Below, one piece after another: positions 51,813 through 60,840 of a stretch of 64,000 nucleotides of DNA; the first letter of the stretch is position 1; each line of letters starts with the position of its first letter. The position numbers and the translations under genes were made by a program. The notes beneath the pieces were generated by a model. It was not told the origin of the DNA and did not search any database. It saw nothing but the letters and a program-made list of their open reading frames with translations. Origin of the DNA: Pseudomonadota bacterium (GTDB lineage: Archaea > Thermoplasmatota > SW-10-69-26 > JACQPN01 > JAJPHT01); NCBI GenBank assembly GCA_021325135.1, contig JAJPHT010000029.1, positions 64,001 to 128,000 of the forward strand. Direction: 5' to 3'.

Positions 51813-52358
51813 ATGGCGTTTCTCGACAAGCTGATCGGCGGCAACAGCAGCAACGGCCGCCGCCCCGCCGAGGGCGGCAACGACCGCACCTACATCGATC
51901 TCTCCGACTACGCCGCCACCGAGAAGACGGGCGAGGGCGCCGCGAGCACCTACGTCCGCTTCGCGGAGCTGCGCGCGCTGGACGACCTGAAGCAGTTCTC
52001 GTCCTACGTGTACGACGGCAACCTCCTCATCCTCGACTTCAGCAAGGTCCAGGGAGACGAGATCCTGCTGCGCCGCCTCACCAACGAGCTTCGCAAACTC
52101 GCGCAGGACACCGGCGGCGACATCGCCGGCCTGGGCGACCACCACATCCTCCTGACCCCCACGGGCGTCAAGGTGGACCGCAAGCGCCTCACCGCCAACA
52201 AGGGCGACGAGGAGGAGCCGGCCCACGTCCCGCGCACCTCGGCGAGCCCCGCCCCGGCCCCCGCGCCGATGGTGGCCCCCGCTCCCGCGCCGGCTCCGGC
52301 CGCGGCCCCCCCGGTCCGGACCAACGGCGGCGTCGGCCGCCGCATGGCGAACAAGTAG
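51813..52358 (+). CDS. sepF: Cell division protein SepF (archaeal type)
   Basis: Amphipathic MAFLDKLIG; YIDL; VYDGNLLILD; GGDIAGL...LLTPTGVKVDR. Confidence 0.85.
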   Translation: MAFLDKLIGGNSSNGRRPAEGGNDRTYIDLSDYAATEKTGEGAASTYVRFAELRALDDLKQFSSYVYDGNLLILDFSKVQGDEILLRRLTNELRKLAQDTGGDIAGLGDHHILLTPTGVKVDRKRLTANKGDEEEPAHVPRTSASPAPAPAPMVAPAPAPAPAAAPPVRTNGGVGRRMANK

Positions 52359-52409
52359 GCCTCTTGGCCCCTCGCCGCCGGCATCCGCCCTTTCTCGGCC
52401 GGCGGCAGA

Positions 52410-52456
52410 ACTATTTATAAACTATTTAAACGACCGGCTGCTTTGGGCTTATAAAG
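52410..52456 (+). promoter_or_regulatory. Multiple TATA boxes upstream of tbp
   Basis: ACTATTTATAA ACTATTTAAA and TTATAAAG about 23 nt before the ATG. Confidence 0.65.
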
Positions 52457-52478
52457 CGGCCTTGGCCGGTGACTCTCC

Positions 52479-53024
52479 ATGGCGAAGATCAAGATCGAGA
52501 ACGTCGTCGCGTCGACCTCCATCGGCACCGAGCTGGACCTCCAGTCCATCGCCCTCGCCCTCGACAACGCGGAGTACGAGCCCGAGCAGTTCCCCGGCCT
52601 CGTCTGCCGTCTCAAGGACCCCAAGACGGCGGCGCTCCTCTTCCGCAGCGGCAAGGTCGTCTGCACCGGCGCGAAGTCCATCGACGCCGTGGGCAAGGCC
52701 GTGGACATCGTGACGGCCAAGATCGAGGCCAGCGGCGTGAAGGTCGACCGCAACCCGGAGATCACCGTCCAGAACATCGTCGCCTCGGCCGACCTGCACT
52801 CGGAGTTGAACCTCAACGCCATCGCCATCGGCTTGGGCCTGGAGAAGGTCGAGTACGAGCCCGAGCAGTTCCCCGGCCTCGTCTACCGCCTGGACGACCC
52901 CAAGGTCGTGGTCCTCCTCTTCGGCAGCGGCAAGCTCGTCTGCACGGGCGCCCGCAAGCCCGAGGACGCCGAGCGCGCCGTCGACAAGATCACCGAGGAG
53001 CTTCAGGCCCTCGGCCTGCTCTAA
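52479..53024 (+). CDS. tbp: TATA-box binding protein
   Basis: Two repeats IENVVAS/VQNIVAS, YEPEQFPGLV twice, FRSGK/FGSGK. Confidence 0.98.
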   Translation: MAKIKIENVVASTSIGTELDLQSIALALDNAEYEPEQFPGLVCRLKDPKTAALLFRSGKVVCTGAKSIDAVGKAVDIVTAKIEASGVKVDRNPEITVQNIVASADLHSELNLNAIAIGLGLEKVEYEPEQFPGLVYRLDDPKVVVLLFGSGKLVCTGARKPEDAERAVDKITEELQALGLL

Positions 53025-53139
53025 CCGGGCGGTGAGGATCGCCCCCGAAGCGCCGCTTGCGGCGCGGAGCGGGGCGCATCGTGCGTATTGCCGGCTGGTA
53101 CGCCAGCCGCGGAGGAGCTTCAGGCCCTCGGCCTGCTCT
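52995..53139 (+). repeat. 28-bp direct repeat duplicating the tbp 3' end (att-like scar)
   Basis: GAGGAGCTTCAGGCCCTCGGCCTGCTCT at 52995-53022 and 53112-53139. Confidence 0.9.
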
Positions 53140-53209
53140 GAACGGGTTTCCGTTTTCCTTTTTCCGCCCTCCCGAAGGGCGGGTCCCTTTCTTCGTCCTA
53201 GCGGGGGCC

Positions 53210-53605
53210 ATGGACGTCTCCACCGCCCGACGCATCGAGCGCGCGCTGCTGACCGCGGAGAACGAGGACCCCGACGCGCTCCGGAGCGTCCTGTCCAGCG
53301 CGCCCACGTGGCACACGCCGGGCCACAACATGCTGGCGGGCGACCACATGGGGCGCGAGCAGGTGGTCCAGCTTCTCAAGGACTACCGCGACATGACCCA
53401 GGGGAGCCTCCGCGTGGAGGAGGCCCGCGGGCCCGAGACGCGGGGCGACGAGGGGACCCTCCACCTGCACCTCTCCGCGAGGCGGCAGGGGCTCATGCTG
53501 GACACCGAGGCGGACGTGCGCTTCCGCCTGGAGGAGGGGCGCGTGGCGGAGCTTTGGACCCAGCCCGAGGACGCCGCGGCGTGGGACCGCTTCTGGGCCC
53601 CGTAG
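53210..53605 (+). CDS. NTF2/SnoaL-like protein
   Basis: WHTPGHNMLAGDHMGREQV...GRVAELW...WDRFW. Confidence 0.8.
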   Translation: MDVSTARRIERALLTAENEDPDALRSVLSSAPTWHTPGHNMLAGDHMGREQVVQLLKDYRDMTQGSLRVEEARGPETRGDEGTLHLHLSARRQGLMLDTEADVRFRLEEGRVAELWTQPEDAAAWDRFWAP

Positions 53606-53646
53606 GCCGCCGGCACCGTGAATAGCGGGCGCGTCGTCGCCTGGCC

Positions 53647-55011
53647 ATGCGCGCCCTGCTCCTTCTCGTGATCCTCCTGGCCTCCGGCTGCGTCGCGCCT
53701 GCGGTCCACCCGGAGGAGAGGCCCGCGGGCTTCGCCACCCTCGCGGGGGTCGCAGGGCCGGTGAGCCTGGGGCCGCAAGCGGGGCACGCCATGGAGCCCT
53801 CCCTGGCGATGCGCGGCGACGCCATCGTGATCGCGGCGCACACGGAGATGCCTGGCACGGAGCCCGGCCAGGCGCGCGTGTTCGCCATCGTCGTCCACCG
53901 CTCCACCGACGGGGGCGCCACCTGGTCCTCCGCGCCCCTTCCCCGCGACGTGACCTCCCCCTTCGACCCGCTGGGCCGCATGCGCTACAGCGGCGACTCG
54001 GTCCTCGCCTTCGCCCCCTCGGGCGCGCTCTACCTGGCGGGCGTCGCGCTGGACGGCGTGGGCGACGCCGCGGTCCTGGGCCAGAACACCGACTTCACCG
54101 TCTTCGTCACGCGCTCCGACGACCAGGGCGCGACGTGGTCGCCCGCCGTGTTCCACGTCCGCGGCGCGGGCCCCGCCCTCGCGCTGGCCCAGGACAAGCC
54201 GTGGCTCAGCGTCGACCCCGAGGGCTCGCTGCGCCTGGTGTGGACCGAGTTCGTGCAGTCGCTCACCCTCATCCAGTACGCTCGCTCGGACGACGGCGGG
54301 GCCACGTGGAGCGCGCCGCGCACGCTGGCCCTCAACTCGGCCCAGGAGATGAACCAGGTCACCGGCGCCACCCTCGCGACGCCCGGCGGCGGGCGCGTCT
54401 ACCTCTCCTACACCGACATCCGCAACGAGCCGTGGCCCCCCACCGCGCCCGTCGCGAGCCGGCAGCTGGCCTTCTGGAGCGCAGACGGCGGCGCCACCTT
54501 CCAGGGGCCCCTCGTGGTGGGCCCCTCGGTCTTCCCGCGCTTCGGGCGCGTCGTCGCGGACCCGCGCGATCCCCTGCACGCCGCGGTGCTGGCCTCCGAC
54601 GACGCGGCCCAGCCCCGCGTGTACCTCCGCGAGACGCGCGACGGCGGCGCCTCGTGGGGCCCGCGCCTGGACCTCGCGCCGCAGCGCGCGGGCGCGCAGC
54701 AGCTTCCCACCGGCTGGTTCGGCCCCGACGGGAGGCTCCACGTCGCGTACTACGACGCGGGCTGGCCCGGCGGCGAGCGCGTCGTGCTGGACACGCTGGA
54801 GGGCGGCGCCCTCGTCGCGGAGCAGCCCGCGCCCGGCCCGTCCATCGCGCCCGGGCCGTACCGCCGCGAATACTTCGGCCTCGACGGAGAGGGCTCCCGC
54901 GTCTGGGCCGCCTGGGTCGCGGGCGACGGCGGCACGGGCGACTCCGTGGCGGTGCTCACCGGGACCGATGGCACGGGGACCTACGTCGCGGCGGCGCCGT
55001 TCGACGTCTGA
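53647..55011 (+). CDS. Lipoprotein, BNR/Asp-box sialidase-like propeller
   Basis: Lipobox ASGC; STDGGATW, SDDQGATW, SDDGGATW, QDKPW. Confidence 0.85.
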   Translation: MRALLLLVILLASGCVAPAVHPEERPAGFATLAGVAGPVSLGPQAGHAMEPSLAMRGDAIVIAAHTEMPGTEPGQARVFAIVVHRSTDGGATWSSAPLPRDVTSPFDPLGRMRYSGDSVLAFAPSGALYLAGVALDGVGDAAVLGQNTDFTVFVTRSDDQGATWSPAVFHVRGAGPALALAQDKPWLSVDPEGSLRLVWTEFVQSLTLIQYARSDDGGATWSAPRTLALNSAQEMNQVTGATLATPGGGRVYLSYTDIRNEPWPPTAPVASRQLAFWSADGGATFQGPLVVGPSVFPRFGRVVADPRDPLHAAVLASDDAAQPRVYLRETRDGGASWGPRLDLAPQRAGAQQLPTGWFGPDGRLHVAYYDAGWPGGERVVLDTLEGGALVAEQPAPGPSIAPGPYRREYFGLDGEGSRVWAAWVAGDGGTGDSVAVLTGTDGTGTYVAAAPFDV

Positions 55012-55967
55012 TCGCAAGCGCAGGCCGCCGCGCGGCGCATGCGGCGGGCGCGCGGGATCGCGGAGGCGAGGGCGAGGACCAGCGCGGCAGCCAGGGCGGC
55101 CGTCCGCATGCGCGGGTCCCACGGCGCCGCGCGCACGCCCTGCACCACGAGCGCGAGCCCGAGGCCCAGGAGCGTCTTCACCGTCGCCTTCATCCAGCGG
55201 CGGCGCGCGAGGCCCAGGCTGGAGACGGCCTGCGCGCCCGCGGCGAGAAGGCCCAGCCCCAGCGCGGCGGCCCACGGCAGGGGTGCCATCAAAAGCGCCG
55301 CCATGGCGAGGAGGAAGACGGGGAACGTCGTGAAGCACCCCACGCAGAGCCGCAGGCCATTGATCCGGTAGACGTCCTTGCGGTACGCCTCGGTGTCGGG
55401 GTGGTGCGCGAAGACCTGGGGCAGCGCCAGGGGTGCGGCCTTGGAGGCCAAGGGGAGGAGGGCCAGCGCGGCGCACCCGCAGCCGCCGCACCCTCCGCAA
55501 CCCCCGCAGCCGCAGTCGCACGCGCCGCAGCTTCCGCAGCCGCACGGGTCGCCCCCGCCGCACGGGTGGCAGCAGGGGGAGCACGGGTCGCAGCACGAGG
55601 AGGGGCAGCAACACCCGCCCCCTCCGTTGTTGCACGTGCACGCGGGGCCGCTGCTGGCGGGGACGGGGCGCATGGCGGTGAAGAAGAGGATGAGGAGCAC
55701 CAGCAGCACGAGGACGCCCGACGCGTAGACCAGCGCGACGAGGAGCGTCGCCACGAGGGCGGTCTGCCCCGCGAGGACGGCCGCCACGGCGAGGTTCCCC
55801 TGCCGCTCGTGAAGGCCCAGGCCGAGGGCTGCCGCGCCGAAGACCAGGGAGAGGAAGAAGACCGCGGGGTCGGGGGTCACGAGGAAGCCCGCGAGGAAGC
55901 TCACCCACGCCAGCGCGCCCAGGACCAGGGCCGCGATGGCCTTCCCTGATGGAGCCTCCTCCGGCAC
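54981..55967 (-). CDS. Membrane protein with metallothionein-like Cys-rich segment and DUF2085-like C-terminal domain
   Basis: 21 Cys in about 56 aa; FAHHP...RLCVGC followed by TM helices. Confidence 0.65.
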   Translation of the reverse strand: MPEEAPSGKAIAALVLGALAWVSFLAGFLVTPDPAVFFLSLVFGAAALGLGLHERQGNLAVAAVLAGQTALVATLLVALVYASGVLVLLVLLILFFTAMRPVPASSGPACTCNNGGGGCCCPSSCCDPCSPCCHPCGGGDPCGCGSCGACDCGCGGCGGCGGCGCAALALLPLASKAAPLALPQVFAHHPDTEAYRKDVYRINGLRLCVGCFTTFPVFLLAMAALLMAPLPWAAALGLGLLAAGAQAVSSLGLARRRWMKATVKTLLGLGLALVVQGVRAAPWDPRMRTAALAAALVLALASAIPRARRMRRAAACACDQTSNGAAAT

Positions 55968-56045
55968 GCGCCAGCAAAGGGGCGGGGGGTCTTCAGCGTT
56001 TCACGCGTCGGCCACCTTCAAACCCGGGGGACGCGATGCGCGGGC

Positions 56046-56987
56046 GTGTCCGCCATCGTCGCGACAAGCCTGCGCAAGTCCTACGGCGAGGTGCGCGCCG
56101 TGGAGGACGTCTCGCTGGACGTGGCGGAGGGGGAGATCTTCGGCCTCCTGGGCCCCAACGGCGCGGGCAAGACGACGACGGTCCGCATGCTGGCGACGCT
56201 GCTCCGCCCCGACGCGGGCGAGGTGCGCATCCTGGGCCTCGACCCCGCGCGCGACCGCGTCGCCGTGCGGCGGCTCATGGGCATCGCGCTCCAGGAGACG
56301 GGCCTCGACGACCTCGCCACGGGCCGCGAGCTGCTCACCCTCCACGCGCGCCTCTATGGCCTCCCCCGCGCGCGGGCCCGCGAGCGCGCCCAGGAGCTTC
56401 TCGCGCACTTCGGCCTGGAGGAGGCGGCGGACCGCCGCGTCGGGGAATATTCCGGCGGCATGCGGCGGCGCATCGACCTCGCCAGCGCGCTCGTCCACTC
56501 GCCCAAGGTCGTCTTCCTCGACGAGCCCACCGTGGGCCTGGACCCCGCCGCCCGGGCGCAGCTCTGGGGCGCGGTGCGGCGCCTCAACCGCGAGGAGGGC
56601 ACCACCATCCTGCTGACGACGCACTACATGGAGGAGGCCGAGCGCCTCGCGGGGCGGCTGGCCGTCATCGACCGCGGCCGCGTCGTCATGGAGGGCACCG
56701 CAGCGCAATTGAAGGCTCGCGTGGCGAAGCGCGTCGTCACGCTGGCCTTGGACGACGAGGAGGGGGACTTCCCTCGGGTGGCCCGCGCCCTCGCGGCGAT
56801 GCCCGGCGTCCTGCGCGCGCTCCCCACGCCCGAAGGCGTCGTCGTCCACGTGGGCGAAGGCGGCCCCCGCGCCGACGAGGTGCGCGCCGTGGCCGAGAAG
56901 GAGGCGCGCGTCGTGGGCGCCACCTCCAACGACCCCACGCTGGACGACCTCTTCCTCACCACCGGCCGAAAGGAGGGATCGCAATGA
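56046..56987 (+). CDS. ABC exporter ATP-binding subunit (DrrA-like)
   Basis: GPNGAGKTT, YSGGMRRR, LDEPTVGLDP, TTHYMEEA. Confidence 0.93.
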   Translation: MSAIVATSLRKSYGEVRAVEDVSLDVAEGEIFGLLGPNGAGKTTTVRMLATLLRPDAGEVRILGLDPARDRVAVRRLMGIALQETGLDDLATGRELLTLHARLYGLPRARARERAQELLAHFGLEEAADRRVGEYSGGMRRRIDLASALVHSPKVVFLDEPTVGLDPAARAQLWGAVRRLNREEGTTILLTTHYMEEAERLAGRLAVIDRGRVVMEGTAAQLKARVAKRVVTLALDDEEGDFPRVARALAAMPGVLRALPTPEGVVVHVGEGGPRADEVRAVAEKEARVVGATSNDPTLDDLFLTTGRKEGSQ

Positions 56988-57751
56988 GCTTCCTCACCGC
57001 GACCGACGAATTGCTTCGCAAGACGCTGCGCCAGTTCCCTCGCGTGCCCCCTGATATCGTCCAAGCCCTCGCGATCCCGCTCTTCCTCTTCGCGCTCTTC
57101 TCGCTCCAGATGGCGGCCGTCTCGCGCCTGCCCGGGTTCCCGACGGAGAATTACGCGCAGTTCCTCCTGCCGCAGATCATCGTCTTCACGGCGTTCACCA
57201 GCGCGAACGGCGCGGGGTACGGCCTGGTGCTGGAGGCCAAGAGCGGGTATCTCGACAAGCTGCGCGCGATGCCCATCCCGAGGGCGAGCATCGTGCTGGG
57301 GCGCCTCCTCGCGGTGGGCCTGCGCGCCATGGCGCAGGCGCTTCTCGTGCTCGCCGTGGCGTTCCCCTTCGGCATCCGCGTCGCGGGCGGCGTCCTCGGC
57401 GTCGTGGGCATCCTGCTCCTCGCCGCGTGCGTGGCCATCGCGTGGGCGGGCATCATGTCCATGCTGGGCCTCCTCACGCGAAGCCCCGAGGCGGTGGAGG
57501 CCTCGACCGTGCTCTTCATCCCGCTCACGTACCTCACCACCGGCGCCATGCCCCTGGCGCTCATGAGCCCCGCCGTGCAGGGCGTCGTGCGCGCGAACCC
57601 CGTGACCTACGTCGTGGAGGGCATCCGCGCGTTCAGCCTTGACGCGGGCCTTTCCGTGGTGCACCTGGAGGCCTTCGCGTCGGGGCTCGCCATGGCGCTC
57701 GTGGGCGTCGCGCTCGCGACGTGGGCGATGCGGCGGCTCGACACGCGCTGA
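56984..57751 (+). CDS. ABC-2 exporter permease (DrrB-like)
   Basis: ATGA overlap; six TM; GYLDKLRAMP, NPVTYVVEGIR. Confidence 0.9.
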   Translation: MSFLTATDELLRKTLRQFPRVPPDIVQALAIPLFLFALFSLQMAAVSRLPGFPTENYAQFLLPQIIVFTAFTSANGAGYGLVLEAKSGYLDKLRAMPIPRASIVLGRLLAVGLRAMAQALLVLAVAFPFGIRVAGGVLGVVGILLLAACVAIAWAGIMSMLGLLTRSPEAVEASTVLFIPLTYLTTGAMPLALMSPAVQGVVRANPVTYVVEGIRAFSLDAGLSVVHLEAFASGLAMALVGVALATWAMRRLDTR

Positions 57752-57881
57752 GCATGGGGACGGCGGAGCGTGGACTGTTCCTCCGCGCGGGCCCGCGGCC
57801 TCCGAGGGGAAACATATCACACGCGTGCAGAATCATTAAACCAGTTAGCGCCATTGGGTGCCGCGCCTGCGAGATGATATC

Positions 57882-58640
57882 ATGCGCGCCGACGACCTCC
57901 TCGTTCTCGACTACGCCGGCTTTTCCCGCCACACGGCCCTGTTCTACAAGAAGCTGGAGGCGGCGTCGTTCCGGGAGCTCTTCGTCCGCGACCCGGCGGG
58001 CGTCCTCTTCGACTCCCTCTTCCCCGGCTACAAGAGCCCGACCCCTGGGAAGATCAACCAGGCCAACCGCATGCTCTTCTCCCTCCTGAGCAACCCGAAG
58101 TTCATGGACTGGAGCAAGGGCTTCCAGAAGAAGCTCGAAGAGACGGCCCAGCGCGCCGCGCCGCAGGAGAAGCCCGGCGAGGCCATCAAGCTCTACACGG
58201 TCCAGGTGGACCGCGCCAAGCTCTACCAGGAGATCCTGGAGGCGACGCGGAGCTTCGCCGACGTGGAGTTCTTCCACTCGGCGTTCATCGCCGACCCCGA
58301 CGACAACCCGTGCGGGACCGTCCCCCGCCCCATCCCTCTCCCCAACCCGCCTCAGCCCCCCGTCCCGTGGCCGGACATCTCGATCATGCCGCGCTTCGGA
58401 GGCAACGAGGACGTCGCCGTGGAGGTCGAGACCCTGATCTACGCCGTCGCGGTGGCGGCGGTGGCCGTCGTGGTCACCGTCGTGGCCGTCGCCGGCATGC
58501 CCGCGGTCGAGATCCTCTCGCGCCAGGACCTTGCCAAGGTCACCGGGATCGCCGCAGAGCACCTGCAGGCGCGCGCCCAAGGCCTGCGCGAGTCGGGCAA
58601 GCTGACGTCCCACGAGGCGATCCGCGGCCGCCTGATGTGA
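57882..58640 (+). CDS. Putative large RiPP precursor (NHLP-like leader, GG, Val/Ala-rich core, follower)
   Basis: FRELFVRDPAGVL; CGTVPRPIP Pro-rich linker; FGG-NEDVAVEVETLIYAVAVAAVAVVVTVVAVAG; 4 nt upstream of the radical SAM gene. Confidence 0.6.
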   Translation: MRADDLLVLDYAGFSRHTALFYKKLEAASFRELFVRDPAGVLFDSLFPGYKSPTPGKINQANRMLFSLLSNPKFMDWSKGFQKKLEETAQRAAPQEKPGEAIKLYTVQVDRAKLYQEILEATRSFADVEFFHSAFIADPDDNPCGTVPRPIPLPNPPQPPVPWPDISIMPRFGGNEDVAVEVETLIYAVAVAAVAVVVTVVAVAGMPAVEILSRQDLAKVTGIAAEHLQARAQGLRESGKLTSHEAIRGRLM

Positions 58641-58644
58641 GCCC

Positions 58645-59709
58645 ATGAGGATCTTCGATCCTCTTCCGGAGGGCCGGACGCTCTCGGTCATGCCGACCTT
58701 CCGATGCACCGCCGAGTGCGACCATTGCGGCACGTTGAGCAGCCCCCGGGAGAGCACCTGGCTCCCCCGGGACCTCATGCTGCGCGTCATCGGCGAGGCG
58801 GCGGACAACGGCTACAAGGTCGTGGTCTTCACCGGTGGCGAGCCCACGCTGGCGGGCGCGGACCTCCTGGAAGGCATCCGGCTCGCGAGGTCGCGTGGGC
58901 TCGTGGCGCGCATGGTGACCAACGGGCACTGGGCCGTCCACGACGCCGCGGCGGACCGGAAGATCGGCGAGCTCGTGGACGCCGGCCTCAACGAGATCAA
59001 CTTCAGCACCGGCGACCAGCACGCGCGCTTCGTCCCCATGGAGCGCGTGCTCCGGGGCGCAAGGGCCGCCGCGAAGGCGGGCCTCACCATCGCGATCATG
59101 GTGGAGACGGTCAACGAGCGCCGGATCACCAAGGAGACGGTGGAGAAGCACCCCGAGTTCCAGCGCCTCCTGGAGGAGCACCCCGACGCGCGGCTGAGGC
59201 TCCACGAGAGCCCCTGGATGCCGCTGATCCCCTCCAAGGTCTTCCGCTACCCCGAAGGCCTCGCCATCAACCGGGCGAACCTCGCGTGGCGCGCCGGGTG
59301 CGACAGCGTCCTGGGCACGACGACGCTCCAGGCCAACGGCAACCTGGGCGCGTGCTGCGGCATCGGGATGAAGAACGTCCCCGAGCTGAGCCTGGGGAAC
59401 GCCCGCGACGTGCCCCTCGCCGAGGCCGACGCCAAGGCGGGGGACGACTTCCTGAAGCGGTGGATCCGCGTCGAAGGTCCCGAGAAGATCCTCGACTGGG
59501 CCTCCCGCCACGACCCCTCCATCCAGTGGGAGGACATGTACGCCCACCGCTGCCAGGCGTGCATCCGCCTCTACACGGACCCCGCCGTGCGACGGGTGAT
59601 CCGCGAGAAGCACCAGGAGAAGATGGCGGACGTCGTGTTCGGCGAGTGGCTCCTCTTCAAGTTCCAGGGCGCGGACGACCCCGTCGTCGCCGCGCCCCCG
59701 GAGCCGTAG
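58645..59709 (+). CDS. Radical SAM enzyme, YydG/EpeE-like peptide epimerase
   Basis: RCTAECDHC..LSSP, FTGGE, TNGHW, HARFV, GC...GNLGACC, IRVEG, CQAC. Confidence 0.8.
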   Translation: MRIFDPLPEGRTLSVMPTFRCTAECDHCGTLSSPRESTWLPRDLMLRVIGEAADNGYKVVVFTGGEPTLAGADLLEGIRLARSRGLVARMVTNGHWAVHDAAADRKIGELVDAGLNEINFSTGDQHARFVPMERVLRGARAAAKAGLTIAIMVETVNERRITKETVEKHPEFQRLLEEHPDARLRLHESPWMPLIPSKVFRYPEGLAINRANLAWRAGCDSVLGTTTLQANGNLGACCGIGMKNVPELSLGNARDVPLAEADAKAGDDFLKRWIRVEGPEKILDWASRHDPSIQWEDMYAHRCQACIRLYTDPAVRRVIREKHQEKMADVVFGEWLLFKFQGADDPVVAAPPEP

Positions 59710-59810
59710 CCCACGCCACCGGCCGCTGCGCAGAAGTGGGCAGCGGGAGCCGTTCCTCACGACGCGGTCACCGCAAGGTTTAGCATGCCCTCCCCGTGAC
59801 GCGGCCGCAG

Positions 59811-60761
59811 ATGCGCGCGCTCCTCCTGGCGCTCCTCGTGGCCGGCCTGGCCGTCGCGGGGTGCGTCAAGCCCGCCCACGACGCGAAGACCGCCGCCCCC
59901 GTGCAGGCCGCCGCCCTGATGCTGCCCCCCGTCAACGCCACGGGGAGCCTCGTCGTCGCGACGCTGTTCAAGGACCGCTCGCCGCTGGCCGACGTGAACG
60001 TCACCGTGGGCAACCTCAGCGCGACCTCCGACGGGAACGGCGAGGCGCGCTTCGAGAAGCTCGCGCCGGGCCTCTACAACGTCACCGCGAAGAAGGCCGC
60101 GCACCGCACCGCCATCGCGCAGGCGCAGGTCGTCGCGGGCCAGGAGGCGCGCGTCGAGGCCGTGCTGGAGGCCGAGGCCGGAAGCGTCCACAGCCACGAG
60201 CGCGGCCTCTTCGCGCACCGCGACCTCTACACGTTCCAGGGGCGCTTCGACTGCTCCGCGACGTACCTCATCGTGACCGGCGACTGCATGATCCTCGTGC
60301 AGAACGTGAGCGAGCAGGCGGGCGCGCCCCCGCCGCCCAACGTCACCACCGCGAAGAACGTCATCGAGTTCCCCCTGGACGCGACGTGGAAGGAGCTGGT
60401 CGTGGAGATGAACTGGACCGCGCCGCAGGTCGCCGTGGAGCAGGGCATGACCCTGGCCCTGGAGCCTGCGCAGGCGCCCGCCGACGGCCACGCCGCCAAG
60501 TACGCGCAGGCCTCCGGCGCCTCGCCGCTGAAGATCGACTTCCTGCCCGGCGTCAAGCACCCCACCGCGACCGCGCAGGACATGCCCAACCCCAACGGCG
60601 GCGAGGTCATCCGCGCCCGCGCGTTCGTCGAAGGCCTCCAGCACAACCCGGGCGGCACCGACTTCCTGGGCGTGGGCGTCGCCAAGGACCAGACGTTCAC
60701 GCTGCTGGTGAGCGTCTTCTACGGCGAGCCCGCCCCCGAAGGATATACCGCCCTGCATTGA
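59811..60761 (+). CDS. Lipoprotein with carboxypeptidase regulatory-like domain
   Basis: Lipobox VAGC; SDGNGEARFEKLAPGLYNV. Confidence 0.8.
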   Translation: MRALLLALLVAGLAVAGCVKPAHDAKTAAPVQAAALMLPPVNATGSLVVATLFKDRSPLADVNVTVGNLSATSDGNGEARFEKLAPGLYNVTAKKAAHRTAIAQAQVVAGQEARVEAVLEAEAGSVHSHERGLFAHRDLYTFQGRFDCSATYLIVTGDCMILVQNVSEQAGAPPPPNVTTAKNVIEFPLDATWKELVVEMNWTAPQVAVEQGMTLALEPAQAPADGHAAKYAQASGASPLKIDFLPGVKHPTATAQDMPNPNGGEVIRARAFVEGLQHNPGGTDFLGVGVAKDQTFTLLVSVFYGEPAPEGYTALH

Positions 60762-60840
60762 ACCCGTCCGCGCAGGCGCCCCCTTGCCGCCACCGAAGGT
60801 TGAAGCGCCACCCACGGCGTCCTGCCGCGGGCACACCCCC

